Source: an uncultured Gemmatimonadales bacterium
GTDB taxonomy: Bacteria > Gemmatimonadota > Gemmatimonadetes > Gemmatimonadales > GWC2-71-9
Length of the DNA: 64,000 bases
Assembly: GCA_963844035.1 (NCBI GenBank)
Contig: CAWJMT010000036.1
Coordinates: forward strand, 1 to 64,000
Reading direction: 5' to 3'
The notes beneath the pieces were generated by a model, which did not search any database, was not told the origin of the DNA, and saw only the letters and a list, made by a program, of their open reading frames with translations. A program made the translations under genes and the position numbers. This document shows positions 33,410 through 42,510 of this stretch, in pieces. The stretch's first letter is position 1; every line of letters begins with the position of its first letter.

Positions 33410-34379
33410 GTGCAGCCTTGGCGCCCTGCGCTTCGCGGAGGGCGACCTCGGCGATGCGACGGATGAGTTCGGGGTACGCCCACCCGGCCGCCCGCGCCAT
33501 CCGCGACAGGCCGGCGTCGTCGTTCAAATCCGGATTCGGGTTGACGTCCAGCACCCAGGGGCGTCCTTGCTCGTCTACCCGCAGGTCGACGCGGCCGTAG
33601 CCCTTCCCCTGCATCGCCCGCCAGGCGGCGTCGGCAACCTTGACGATGCGGTCGGCGAGCTTCTGGGGCACGTTCGCCGGGCACACCGGGACGCTGCCCA
33701 TGTCTTCGGGAGAGCCCGTGTCCCACTTTGCCGCATAGGTGAGGATCGGCCAGTTGCCCGCCGGCATCCCGGAGAAATCGATCTCGGCGATCGGCAACAC
33801 GCGGTCCCCGACGAATCCGACGTTGAATTCGCGGCCCGCGATGTATTCCTGCACGACCACTTCCTCGAACTGCTCGGTCATCGCCGCCACGCGAGCGCGC
33901 AGCGCCTTCCGGTCGGTCACCACCGAGCCGCGGTCCAGCCCGGCGCTCGCGTCCTCGGCGGCGGGCTTGACGATGGCGGGAAGGGGGAAATCGTCCTCGA
34001 TCTTCCCCTGCGCCATGGTCCAGCGGGGGATCGGGATACCCGCCTGGGCCAGGATGGCGTTGGCGATCGTCTTGCGCCGGCACGCGCCGAGGGTAAAGAC
34101 GCCGGCACCGGTCACCGGCACACCGGCGAACTCGAGCGTCGCGACAACGTGCTCCTCCCACTCGCTGCGCCCGTGCACGCCCTCACAGAGATTGAACGCG
34201 AGATCGGCGGCGCGCGCGGTCCGCAGCCAGCGCATGTCGTGGCGCACAGGGACCTTGCGGACCGCATGGCCGAGCGCGCTGAAGATGCGCCCGACCTCGC
34301 CGACCGCCTTCAGGACGCCCCGAATGTCCTGCGGCGTCCAGTCGTCCGCACCGGGATCATAGAGGAGGACAACCCTCAC
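33360..34379 (-). CDS. D-Ala-D-Ala ligase-like ATP-grasp protein
   Basis: GTG start overlapping the upstream TGA; FNLCEG, VKPAAEDAS, EYIAGREF, YAAKW, RVDLR, VNPNP. Confidence 0.88.
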   Translation of the reverse strand: MRVVLLYDPGADDWTPQDIRGVLKAVGEVGRIFSALGHAVRKVPVRHDMRWLRTARAADLAFNLCEGVHGRSEWEEHVVATLEFAGVPVTGAGVFTLGACRRKTIANAILAQAGIPIPRWTMAQGKIEDDFPLPAIVKPAAEDASAGLDRGSVVTDRKALRARVAAMTEQFEEVVVQEYIAGREFNVGFVGDRVLPIAEIDFSGMPAGNWPILTYAAKWDTGSPEDMGSVPVCPANVPQKLADRIVKVADAAWRAMQGKGYGRVDLRVDEQGRPWVLDVNPNPDLNDDAGLSRMARAAGWAYPELIRRIAEVALREAQGAKAARELLAPARRSRAARTT

Positions 34380-35455
34380 GCGTGTGCTCCCGCCGGCTGG
34401 GGCGCCGCCGGCAGAGCGCCGGTCGTGACGGCCAGGTCCTGCCCCGTCAGGCGCCGCCACGCGATCTGCACGACTTCCTGTATCAGCTCGTCGTACGACA
34501 TCCCGGCCGCCCGGGCGGCCTTGGGGAAGCACGAGTTCATCGCGGGGTCGGGAATGATGCCGGGCAAGGGATTCAGCTCGAGCACGTTCGGTACGCCGAA
34601 CCGGTCCACGCGGATGTCCACGCGGCACCAGTCGCGGCACCCGAGGGCGTGGTAGGCGTCGAGCGCGGTCCGCTCGATTTCCCGGTAGAGCGAGGGCGCC
34701 ACGGGGGCGGGGCATTTGAAGATCGCGAGCGGCCGCTCCGGCGTGTCCCAGATCCACTTGGCCTCGTAGCCGTACACCGGCGGCGCCCCCGGCGGGAGCG
34801 CGGAGAAGTCGAAGCCGATGACGGGGAGGCAATAGGCCGCGGGACCATTGCCGAGGATCGCGACGGTGAACTCGGGGCCCGGGAGGTAGGTCTCGACGAT
34901 CACCGGCTCCGCGTACTGCTCGAGCAGCATGAACGTGCGCTCTTCGAGCTGCGAGGGCGATTCGCAGACGTTGTCGCTGAAGACGCCCTTACCCGACCCT
35001 TCCGCAATCGGCTTCACGAACACCGGGTAGGGCAGCACCACGCGCTCCAGGTCCGCGACGCGCTCGACGCACGCGAACGGCGCGGTAGGAACGCCGCGGT
35101 ATGCGAGCAATTCCTTCGCGCGGCCTTTATGGAGCGAAAGGCCCAGGGCGAGTGGGTCGCTGCCGGTGTAGCGGATGTTCAGGAATTCGCAGATCGCGGG
35201 GACCAGGGACTCACGGGCTTGCCCATGCAATCCCTCAGCCATGTTGAAGACGATGTCGGGACGGGCCAATGCGAGCTTGTGTGGGAATGCGGCGTCTGCT
35301 TCCAGCCGGATGACGCGTCCGAACCGACTGAGCGCCTGCGCCACCGCGTCGATCGTGAGCGGCTCATCCCACTCGGCGAATGCGTCGGTGGTACTCGGAG
35401 GCTCGTCGGGAGAGCTGGGATCCGGCTTCTGGTTGTACGCGAGACCGATGCGCAT
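34376..35455 (-). CDS. D-Ala-D-Ala ligase-like ATP-grasp protein
   Basis: FNMAEG, YTGSDP, VKPIAEGSGKG, YEAKW, RVDIR, ELNPLPG. Confidence 0.9.
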   Translation of the reverse strand: MRIGLAYNQKPDPSSPDEPPSTTDAFAEWDEPLTIDAVAQALSRFGRVIRLEADAAFPHKLALARPDIVFNMAEGLHGQARESLVPAICEFLNIRYTGSDPLALGLSLHKGRAKELLAYRGVPTAPFACVERVADLERVVLPYPVFVKPIAEGSGKGVFSDNVCESPSQLEERTFMLLEQYAEPVIVETYLPGPEFTVAILGNGPAAYCLPVIGFDFSALPPGAPPVYGYEAKWIWDTPERPLAIFKCPAPVAPSLYREIERTALDAYHALGCRDWCRVDIRVDRFGVPNVLELNPLPGIIPDPAMNSCFPKAARAAGMSYDELIQEVVQIAWRRLTGQDLAVTTGALPAAPQPAGAHA

Positions 35456-35477
35456 GTGGTCTCGGGTGACCTCCTAC

Positions 35478-35503
35478 AAAAAAGGCCGCGCAGATCGCGG
35501 TCT
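35478..35503 (-). terminator. Terminator-like hairpin plus U6 in the 5' leader of the ATP-grasp/KamA operon
   Basis: The minus strand reads AGACCGCG-ATCTG-CGCGGCC-TTTTTT, directly followed by GTAGGAGG (SD). Confidence 0.5.
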
Positions 35504-35530
35504 GGAGATGAGTGAAGCGTTGTCGGATAC

Positions 35531-35559
35531 ACAATATGAAAAAGCGAAGAGATGCGCAA
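35531..35559 (-). promoter_or_regulatory. Sigma70-like promoter
   Basis: TTGCGC-N17-TATTGT in an AT-rich patch. Confidence 0.55.
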
Positions 35560-35582
35560 TAGGTGCGCGCGACGAATTTTCC

Positions 35583-35609
35583 GACGTCGGACGACTGTCG
35601 TCCGACGTC
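35583..35609. repeat. 13-bp perfect inverted repeat downstream of thyX
   Basis: GACGTCGGACGAC-T-GTCGTCCGACGTC. Confidence 0.8.
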
Positions 35610-35635
35610 ACACGTCGGTCATTCGATGTCGGTCG

Positions 35636-36388
35636 TCACACCTTGTGGTACGCGACGCGCGCGGCTTCGTGTCGATCGTCGCCGACGTACGTCTCGAAAT
35701 CGGAGAAGAGCGCGACCGCTTCGCGCTGCAGTGCCCGCAGGCACGCGATCGCCATGCGGCGGATCTCGAGCTCCGCGCCCTCACCGCAGCGCAGCTCGAG
35801 CATCGTGCGCCAGGCGCGCGCGTTGGCCGACACGACGATTTTCACCTCGGTCGCGTTGGGCAGCACGCTGCGCGCCGCCTCGCGCGCCATTTTGCGGCGG
35901 TGCACCTTGTCGGTCACCCACGCGTAGCGCTCCATCAGCGCGTCGACCGCCTGGACGTACGCGGCCTGCGAATTCGCGATCTGGTTCTCCCACGCCGCCT
36001 CGAGCGGCGCGTCACCGATCACAGCCGGCGGAATGACGAACGCCGCGTGCGACTCGTCCACGTAGCGTTGCGAGAGCTGGGAGTAGCCGAACCCCGCGCG
36101 GTGCCGCACCAGCTCGTGCGAGCAGGAGCGGGAAATGCCCTCGATCAACAGGACGTACACCGCGTGCTCGAGCACGGAGCCGTGGCCCTGCTTCTTGATG
36201 TTCTCGAGGTACTCCGCGGTCGAGCGGTGCGCGGGATTGTGCTGGCTCATGTAGCAGATGCGTCCCGCGAATTCCGCGAGCCGCTCGCCGGCGGAGGCGT
36301 CGCCCTGCCACTCGACGCGCAGATGCTCCGGCTCGAGGAACTCGGGACGGGCGATCAGTGTGACGCGCGGGGCGCGGAAGATTTCCAT
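35636..36388 (-). CDS. thyX: FAD-dependent thymidylate synthase
   Basis: GHGSVLEH, SHELVRHR..SQLSQRY, AREAARSVLPN, EIR. Confidence 0.96.
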   Translation of the reverse strand: MEIFRAPRVTLIARPEFLEPEHLRVEWQGDASAGERLAEFAGRICYMSQHNPAHRSTAEYLENIKKQGHGSVLEHAVYVLLIEGISRSCSHELVRHRAGFGYSQLSQRYVDESHAAFVIPPAVIGDAPLEAAWENQIANSQAAYVQAVDALMERYAWVTDKVHRRKMAREAARSVLPNATEVKIVVSANARAWRTMLELRCGEGAELEIRRMAIACLRALQREAVALFSDFETYVGDDRHEAARVAYHKV

Positions 36389-38005
36389 TTAGGTGCCAGG
36401 TGTCAGGTGTCGGGTGTCAGGGGTGCGCCAGTCGACCTTCGGAACACTCCAGGCCGCGTTGCGCTCGGTGTCGCGCAGCCGGCCGGCGATGTCGTCGGGA
36501 ATCGGTGCCGCCTGCGGGCCCACCTTCAAATCGGCGAGCGGCGCCCAATCGGCGGCAGGAAGTATAACGCCCGGGTTCAGTATGCCGAGCGGGTCGTAAG
36601 CGTGCTTCACGTCGCGGAACAGCGCCATCACCTCAGGTCCGTAGAACCGCTCGAGCACCCCGGCCCGCAGCCGCCCCGCGCCGTGCTCGCCGCTCGGCAC
36701 GCCGTGCAGGCGTACGAGGAGATCGGTCGCTTCTTCGAACAGCGCGCCGAGCCGCTCCTTCCAGCCCGGGCGCGTCGTGTCGGGAAGCGCGTTCACGTGC
36801 ACGTGGCCGTCTCCCGCGTGCCCGAAGATCGCCACCGTGACCCCGTGGCGCTCGGCCGCCGCGCGGATCCCGCGGACGTACGCGCCGAGCTGCTCGAGCG
36901 GCACGCACCCATCCTCGATCACCTGCAGCGAGCGCTGCGCGTCGCCCCGGCGTGCGAGCGCGGGGCTGGCCAGGCGGCGGACCGCCCACAGGCGTTCGAG
37001 GCCGGCGCGATCCACCGCGGTCTCCACGTGGCTCGTCAGCGATTTCAGGCCGCGCACCGCGTCTCCGACCACGCCGCGGGCGGCGGCGCCGGTCTCGCGC
37101 TCGAACTCGACCAGCAACACGCCGGCCAGGCCGGCGGGAAGCTGCGCCCCCGCCTCGCGGGCGAATTCGAGGAACGTGGCGTCGAGCAGCTCGACCGCGG
37201 ATGGGTTGAGCGCGACCAGGTACGCCACGGACTCTCCCAGCGCGTCGAGGCTTCCGAATCCCAGCACGGCGCCCGCGACATCGGGCGGAACGGGGTCGAG
37301 GCGCCACTCCACCGCAGTCACGAACGCGAGCGTCCCTTCGGACCCCACCAGCAGATCCACCTCATCCCCAGTCTCCGCGTAGCGGTCGAGGGCGTACCCA
37401 CTCGAGCTCTTGCGGGTGCGGGGGAAGCGGGCACGGACGAGGTCCCGCGCCGCCGGCGTGAGCGCCCACCGGGCGGCATCCCGATCGCCCCGTGCCACGC
37501 GCCGCGCGGCGCCGTCGGCCTCCACCACCTCCACCGCGTTGATCCAGCTGCGCACGCTGCCGCAGCGGACGGAGCGCGGCCCGGCGGCATTGGTTGCCGC
37601 CATGCCTCCCGACGTCGCGAAACTTGCCGAGGATGGATCCGGGGGCAGGCGCAGACCGAACGGGCGTGCTGCCTCGTTTACCTGGGCGCAGGTGACCGAG
37701 GCTCCCACACGCACGGTCCGCGCGCGCCAATCGGGAGCCACCGCGCCGAACCCCTGGCTCAGGTCGACAATCACGCCGCGGCCGACGCTGCCACCCGCCA
37801 TGCCGCTCCCCGCGCCGCGGGGAACGAGCGGCGTGCGCGACGCGGCAGCCCAGCGCACGATCTCTTGCAGCTCCTCCACGTTCCGAGGCACGGCGACGGC
37901 CGAGGGAACGATGCGGTAGATCCCGGCGCCTTCGGCATAGGCGGCGCGGATCCGAGCGTCGGTCAGCAGGGCAGGGTGCGTGGAAGGTGGTGCGTGGTCG
38001 GGCAC
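36389..38005 (-). CDS. FAD-binding oxidoreductase (GlcD/D-lactate dehydrogenase-like)
   Basis: PRGAGSG, PPDPSS, GSEGTL, GHAGDGHVH, SGEHGAG, DPLGILNPG. Confidence 0.9.
   Translation of the reverse strand: MPDHAPPSTHPALLTDARIRAAYAEGAGIYRIVPSAVAVPRNVEELQEIVRWAAASRTPLVPRGAGSGMAGGSVGRGVIVDLSQGFGAVAPDWRARTVRVGASVTCAQVNEAARPFGLRLPPDPSSASFATSGGMAATNAAGPRSVRCGSVRSWINAVEVVEADGAARRVARGDRDAARWALTPAARDLVRARFPRTRKSSSGYALDRYAETGDEVDLLVGSEGTLAFVTAVEWRLDPVPPDVAGAVLGFGSLDALGESVAYLVALNPSAVELLDATFLEFAREAGAQLPAGLAGVLLVEFERETGAAARGVVGDAVRGLKSLTSHVETAVDRAGLERLWAVRRLASPALARRGDAQRSLQVIEDGCVPLEQLGAYVRGIRAAAERHGVTVAIFGHAGDGHVHVNALPDTTRPGWKERLGALFEEATDLLVRLHGVPSGEHGAGRLRAGVLERFYGPEVMALFRDVKHAYDPLGILNPGVILPAADWAPLADLKVGPQAAPIPDDIAGRLRDTERNAAWSVPKVDWRTPDTRHLTPGT
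36391..36420. repeat. Heptamer tandem repeat (RGGTGYC)x4
   Basis: aggtgcc aggtgtc aggtgtc gggtgtc encodes the C-terminal TPDTRHLTPGT tail. Confidence 0.75.
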
Positions 38006-38017
38006 GCACCGAAGTTA

Positions 38018-38052
38018 CCACGCGCCACGCACTACGTACCACGCACCACGCG
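38018..38052. repeat. Heptamer tandem repeat (CCACGCR-like)x5, intergenic
   Basis: ccacgcg ccacgca ctacgta ccacgca ccacgcg. Confidence 0.75.
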
Positions 38053-38104
38053 CGCTTCATTCGCGCTTGACACGGCCTGAGGCCCGGGTGATCCTTGACG
38101 AGCC

Positions 38105-38905
38105 ATGGCCGCTGACGCCACCCGCGCACAACTGATCCGCATTGAGACCGACCGACGGCTGGGCCACGAGTGGGACGAGTGGGACGGCCAGCCACTTCCC
38201 AACATCGGTGATTTCTCAGCTCCCCCCGGCCTGTTCTTTCGTTATGCGGCGGTGACCCTGTGCGCCGGCGTCGCCCTCCTTGCCGGCCTCCTGTACCTCC
38301 TCAGTCCCCGTCTGGCTCTGCTTCACCCCGTCATCCCTGGGGTACTCGCGGCGGCGATCACCGCCGCGGCGGCGCTGGCCTGCGCCTGGTTCGTGTTGTT
38401 GCTCCTTTCCTTCTATGGGACCGGGGTGCTGTTGCCGGAGCGCCTGCTCGAGCGGGGTCCGTACCTGCAGCTGATGAACGCGACGTCGTACCTGGCCCGC
38501 TTGGTCCACCGGCGCGACTGGGTGGAGCACGCCGCCATCGATGTGTACAACGCCCTGGCGGAGCGGCGGCAGCGCCGCGTGCAGAAGGGTGAGCTGCTGG
38601 TGCTCATCCCGCGGTGCCTCTCGAAAGACACGCTCGATGGTGTGCTGGAGATCGCGGGACGCTATGAGGTGCCGGTGTTCGTGGCGACCCGCGGCCAACT
38701 CGCCCGCCGGGTGATTCGCGAGCGCCGGCCACGCGCCGTGGTGGCGGTGGCGTGCGAGCGCGACATGATGACGGGTCTGCGCGACGTGGCCGGCAAGCTG
38801 CCGGTTCTGGGACTCACCATGCAGCTGCCGAATGGGCCGTGCCGCGACGCGGTGCTCGATCTCGACGTGATGGACCGCTGGGTGCGGTCGCTCGTCGGGA
38901 AGTAG
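38105..38905 (+). CDS. DUF116 domain membrane protein
   Basis: LIPRCL..VATRG..AVACERD..NGPCRD after TM helices. Confidence 0.8.
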   Translation: MAADATRAQLIRIETDRRLGHEWDEWDGQPLPNIGDFSAPPGLFFRYAAVTLCAGVALLAGLLYLLSPRLALLHPVIPGVLAAAITAAAALACAWFVLLLLSFYGTGVLLPERLLERGPYLQLMNATSYLARLVHRRDWVEHAAIDVYNALAERRQRRVQKGELLVLIPRCLSKDTLDGVLEIAGRYEVPVFVATRGQLARRVIRERRPRAVVAVACERDMMTGLRDVAGKLPVLGLTMQLPNGPCRDAVLDLDVMDRWVRSLVGK

Positions 38906-38907
38906 TT

Positions 38908-38934
38908 CCTAACCGCCTAACCGCCTAACCGCCT
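38908..38934. repeat. Octamer tandem repeat (CCTAACCG)x3 between convergent genes
   Basis: cctaaccg cctaaccg cctaaccg cct. Confidence 0.85.
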
Positions 38935-38938
38935 GTCG

Positions 38939-39424
38939 TCAGGGCGACCCAAACCGCTTCTTCATCTCCTCGAGCAGGTCGATCGCCAGGCTATCCGCGA
39001 CCTGTCCCGGCGGCACGAGGAGGTCAAGCTCTCGGCCCTCGAGTGACGGGTCGTAGTGGCGACGATACGCGACTTCGATTGTAAGGATGGTCTGACCGGG
39101 TATGTAGGGGTCGGCCCAGCACCGCAACTTCACCGCATGGACCAGATCCGGCACACTGCCGTCGTTTCGAAACGAGCGGCGGGTGCGCGTGTCGTACCAA
39201 TCGGTCTCGAGATAGCCGTCCCGGACGTTGGACGCCCGAACGCGCAGGCTTTCGGCAGCCACGACGGCGGAGAGGGCGGGAATCACGAGCTGTGGCCGGG
39301 CGAAGATCTGTGCCGAGCGCGCCTTGGGCAGGGGCCGGATGTCAGGACGGGTAGTGGTCGGATTGCAGGCGGCGGCTGCGATCCCCATAGCGAACGCGCG
39401 TTCCCAATTCCGCATTCGGCTCAA
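38939..39424 (-). CDS. Hypothetical lipoprotein
   Basis: AAAAC lipobox-like; GYLETDWYD; overlaps the upstream stop. Confidence 0.6.
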   Translation of the reverse strand: MSRMRNWERAFAMGIAAAACNPTTTRPDIRPLPKARSAQIFARPQLVIPALSAVVAAESLRVRASNVRDGYLETDWYDTRTRRSFRNDGSVPDLVHAVKLRCWADPYIPGQTILTIEVAYRRHYDPSLEGRELDLLVPPGQVADSLAIDLLEEMKKRFGSP

Positions 39425-39930
39425 TGCTCGTGCTCCCCGTCGTGCTCGTGTTGCTTCTCCAAACCTCGATCACGGATTTCCGGGGCCAGGGCGGAGGTGG
39501 GAACGCCCGCCGCGTGCTCGAAGTACATCTTGCCCCCGAGCCACGCGGTCCACAGCAGCATGAGCAGCCCTGCGAACGAGACGGTTCGCGAGACCCATTC
39601 CTCGATGCGGGGCAGCTGTCCCCGTCGAAACAGCTTGTGCGCCAGCACGACGGTAAAGACACCCATCGTGAAGAGCGCGAGGGTTTCGTGCGGCTCCATC
39701 AGCTCGTGAATCGCGCCACCGTGGTCGATCACCTCTTCCGCCTGAAGCCCCGCAACCACGGCCATCCACCCGCCGATCACTCCGGCCCAGAGCGTCCACA
39801 GAGCCACGGCGCGCAGCGACTCCCGCTTTGTGATCCAGGAGGCGACTTCGAACAGCACTGTGACGAACAGCAGGGCTGCGGGTAGGTCGTTGAGGGCCGC
39901 GTGCAGGCGGGGCCAATCGTAACCGAACAT
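39421..39930 (-). CDS. DUF2231-like membrane protein
   Basis: RLHAALNDLP, four TM helices, LGGKMYFEHAAG, His-rich tail. Confidence 0.75.
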   Translation of the reverse strand: MFGYDWPRLHAALNDLPAALLFVTVLFEVASWITKRESLRAVALWTLWAGVIGGWMAVVAGLQAEEVIDHGGAIHELMEPHETLALFTMGVFTVVLAHKLFRRGQLPRIEEWVSRTVSFAGLLMLLWTAWLGGKMYFEHAAGVPTSALAPEIRDRGLEKQHEHDGEHEH

Positions 39931-39948
39931 GTGCAGGGAGGCTCCTGG

Positions 39949-40836
39949 TTAGAGGCCGAGATCGGACACGGCGGGCGGGTTCAGCGTGTAGTCGTAGAAT
40001 CCCTTGCCGCTCTTGCGGCCGGTCATGCCGGCCAGCACCATGCGGCGAAGCAGCGGGGGCGGTGCGTACCTCGCCTCGCGATATTCGCCGAACATGATCT
40101 CCGCAATCTTATACGTGGTGTCGAGCCCGACAAAATCGAGCAGTGTGAGGGGGCCCATCGGGTGGCCACACCCTTGCTCCATGGCCTTGTCGATATCGGG
40201 GACCGTACCCACCCGGCGCTCCACCGCGCGGATTGCGTCGAGCAGATAGGGGATCAGGAGCAGGTTCACGAGGAAGCCGGAGGTATCCTTGGCTGCGACC
40301 GGCTCCTTGCCGAGTGAGCGGGCGAAGGCGAAGGCGCGGGCGAAGGTCGCCTCCGAGGTCGTCACGGTCCGGACCACCTCGACGAGCTGCATGAGCGGGA
40401 CCGGATTGAAAAAGTGCAGTCCGACGAACCGGTCGGGGCGCTTGGTCGCGGCGGCCATTGCGGCGATCGTGAGGCTCGACGTGTTCGATGCGAAGATCGT
40501 CGCAGGGCCGCACACCTGGTCCAGCTCCTTCCAGAGGGCGTTCTTCAGCTCCAGGTCCTCGGTGACCGCTTCGAGGACGATGTCGCACGCCCGCAAATCG
40601 GCCGTGGCGGTGGTGAAGGTGAGCCGCCCGAGCGCGGCGTCGCGCTCGGCGGGCGTGAGCTTCCCCTTCTCGACGAACTTGGCGAGGGATTTCTCGATGT
40701 TGGCGCGCGCGCGGGACCAGATCTCCGGCGCCACGTCGCGGACGATCGTCGCGTAGCCGCCGGTCGCCGCGACCTGGGCGATGCCGCTGCCCATCAGCCC
40801 GCACCCCAGCACGCCCACCCGCTTGATGTCGGTCAT
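39949..40836 (-). CDS. 3-hydroxybutyryl-CoA (3-hydroxyacyl-CoA) dehydrogenase
   Basis: GCGLMGSG, SNTSS, GLHFFNP, HPMGP, GRKSGKGFY. Confidence 0.95.
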   Translation of the reverse strand: MTDIKRVGVLGCGLMGSGIAQVAATGGYATIVRDVAPEIWSRARANIEKSLAKFVEKGKLTPAERDAALGRLTFTTATADLRACDIVLEAVTEDLELKNALWKELDQVCGPATIFASNTSSLTIAAMAAATKRPDRFVGLHFFNPVPLMQLVEVVRTVTTSEATFARAFAFARSLGKEPVAAKDTSGFLVNLLLIPYLLDAIRAVERRVGTVPDIDKAMEQGCGHPMGPLTLLDFVGLDTTYKIAEIMFGEYREARYAPPPLLRRMVLAGMTGRKSGKGFYDYTLNPPAVSDLGL

Positions 40837-40843
40837 GGACCTC

Positions 40844-41659
40844 TCAGAAGTCGAGCGACTTGCGCAGCTCGTCGGCGATGCGGCCCAGCGTGCCGGCGCC
40901 CGGGTTGGAAGGCTTAAGGGCAGGTCTCGAGTCGGCCCGCTCGAGACGATCGAGCAGCTGCTCCAGGGCGACGTGAATCCGATCGGTGTCGCGCTGGTGG
41001 CCCCGGCCGTACAGGACCGCGGCGAACCCCATCCCTACGAGCGGAACGAACATCCAGGGGAAGAGCGCCCCCAGGATGGGCGCGATCGCGGCGGCGAGCG
41101 CGCCGAAGCCCAGCATCGAAGCGATGCCAGCGAGCCGCTGGCGGCGCAGGTTGCCGACGTCGGCGCGAACCTGCACGTGACAGAACCCGCTCTCCAAGGG
41201 CACGACGTTGCCCCCAACCTCTGCGGCGCGCGCCAGGGCGTAGGTCTTGCCGCCCGTCTTCAAGGCGCGCTGCAGCGACGCGAACGCTCCGCCTTTGGGT
41301 TCCCAGGTGGTGTGGTCGGGGTAGCGGCGCTTGACCTGCATCAGCTCGTCCTGTTCCAGCCAGGCGGCGAGCGCCGCCTCGACGGCAGCGCGGTCTCCGG
41401 GCACGACGCGGGTCGCCGCAAGGCCTATGGGACCGGCGAGCCAGGCGACGATGCCTCGCTCCGGCGCGCGGCCCGTGCGTGCTTCCTCCTCGACCAAGGC
41501 CTGCTGGAGGTAGCGCGCCGGGATGCCGACGTCCTTGCCCAGCGCGAGCACTTCGTCGCGCGTCAGTCCGTCCCCCACGTCCTGCGCCTGCGTTTGCAGC
41601 TCCGCGGCGCGCTGGACGATGCGCTCCAACGCCTCGCGGGTGATCAGCTCACGGCCCAT
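40844..41659 (-). CDS. Hypothetical membrane protein
   Basis: 271 aa within the operon; two TM helices near the C-terminus. Confidence 0.7.
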   Translation of the reverse strand: MGRELITREALERIVQRAAELQTQAQDVGDGLTRDEVLALGKDVGIPARYLQQALVEEEARTGRAPERGIVAWLAGPIGLAATRVVPGDRAAVEAALAAWLEQDELMQVKRRYPDHTTWEPKGGAFASLQRALKTGGKTYALARAAEVGGNVVPLESGFCHVQVRADVGNLRRQRLAGIASMLGFGALAAAIAPILGALFPWMFVPLVGMGFAAVLYGRGHQRDTDRIHVALEQLLDRLERADSRPALKPSNPGAGTLGRIADELRKSLDF

Positions 41660-41660
41660 C

Positions 41661-42497
41661 CTAGGCCCTGACCTTGTCCTCGCCCCGGCTGGCCGGGAGC
41701 GTCTCTCCCGAGGTCTTGGCAGGCAGCGCGGGCGCGGCGGGTTCCTTCCTCGTACCGAGCAGCTCCAAGACCCCCCGGAACAAGTCGAGTGGGATCGGGA
41801 AGATCGTGGTCGAGTTGTTCTCCGAGGCGATTTCGGTCACCGTTTGCAAGTACCGCAGCTGGATCGCCGCGGGCTCGGACCCGATGATCCGCGCCGCCTG
41901 CGCCAGTTTCTCGGACGCCTGCAGCTCGCCCTCGGCATTGATGATCTTGGCGCGCCGCTCCCGCTCGGCTTCGGCCTGTCGTGCCATCGCGCGCTTCATC
42001 TCGGGCGGCAGGTCCACGTCTTTCACCTCGACCGCCGAGACCTCGACGCCCCAGTCTTCGGTGCGCTTGTCGATGATGTTCTTCAGGATGTCGTTGATCT
42101 TTTCGCGGTTCATCAGCAGCTCGTCCATCTGAGTTTCCCCCAGCACCGAGCGGAGCGTGGTCTGGGCGAGCTGGCTCGTCGCGTACAGATAGTTCTCGAC
42201 CCCGATGACGGCCTTCACCGCGTCCTTGACCCGCATGTAGAGAACGGCGTTCACCTTGAGGGAGATGTTGTCCTTGGTGATCACGTCCTGCGGCGGGATG
42301 TCGAGCGCGACGACGCGCAGCGAGACCTTTTGCATCTTGGCGAACACCGGCGGCAGGAAGATCAGCCCCGGGCCCTTGGCGCCCCACGACCGGCCGAGAA
42401 AGAAGTACACGGCGCGCTCGTATTCCCGCAGTACCCGCAGGCCGGCGAACAGGTACACGACGATGAAGCCGATGGCGGGAAGCAGCAATGTGCTCAT
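41661..42497 (-). CDS. SPFH/stomatin (slipin) family protein
   Basis: [37 protein letters not shown]. Confidence 0.95.
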   Translation of the reverse strand: MSTLLLPAIGFIVVYLFAGLRVLREYERAVYFFLGRSWGAKGPGLIFLPPVFAKMQKVSLRVVALDIPPQDVITKDNISLKVNAVLYMRVKDAVKAVIGVENYLYATSQLAQTTLRSVLGETQMDELLMNREKINDILKNIIDKRTEDWGVEVSAVEVKDVDLPPEMKRAMARQAEAERERRAKIINAEGELQASEKLAQAARIIGSEPAAIQLRYLQTVTEIASENNSTTIFPIPLDLFRGVLELLGTRKEPAAPALPAKTSGETLPASRGEDKVRA

Positions 42498-42510
42498 GAT
42501 CGGTATCTCC

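Noticed and set aside
33360..35455. Housekeeping ddl or vanA-type resistance ligases
   Set aside because: No dcw or van genes are nearby, and the paired divergent ligases are coupled to GNAT and KamA genes.
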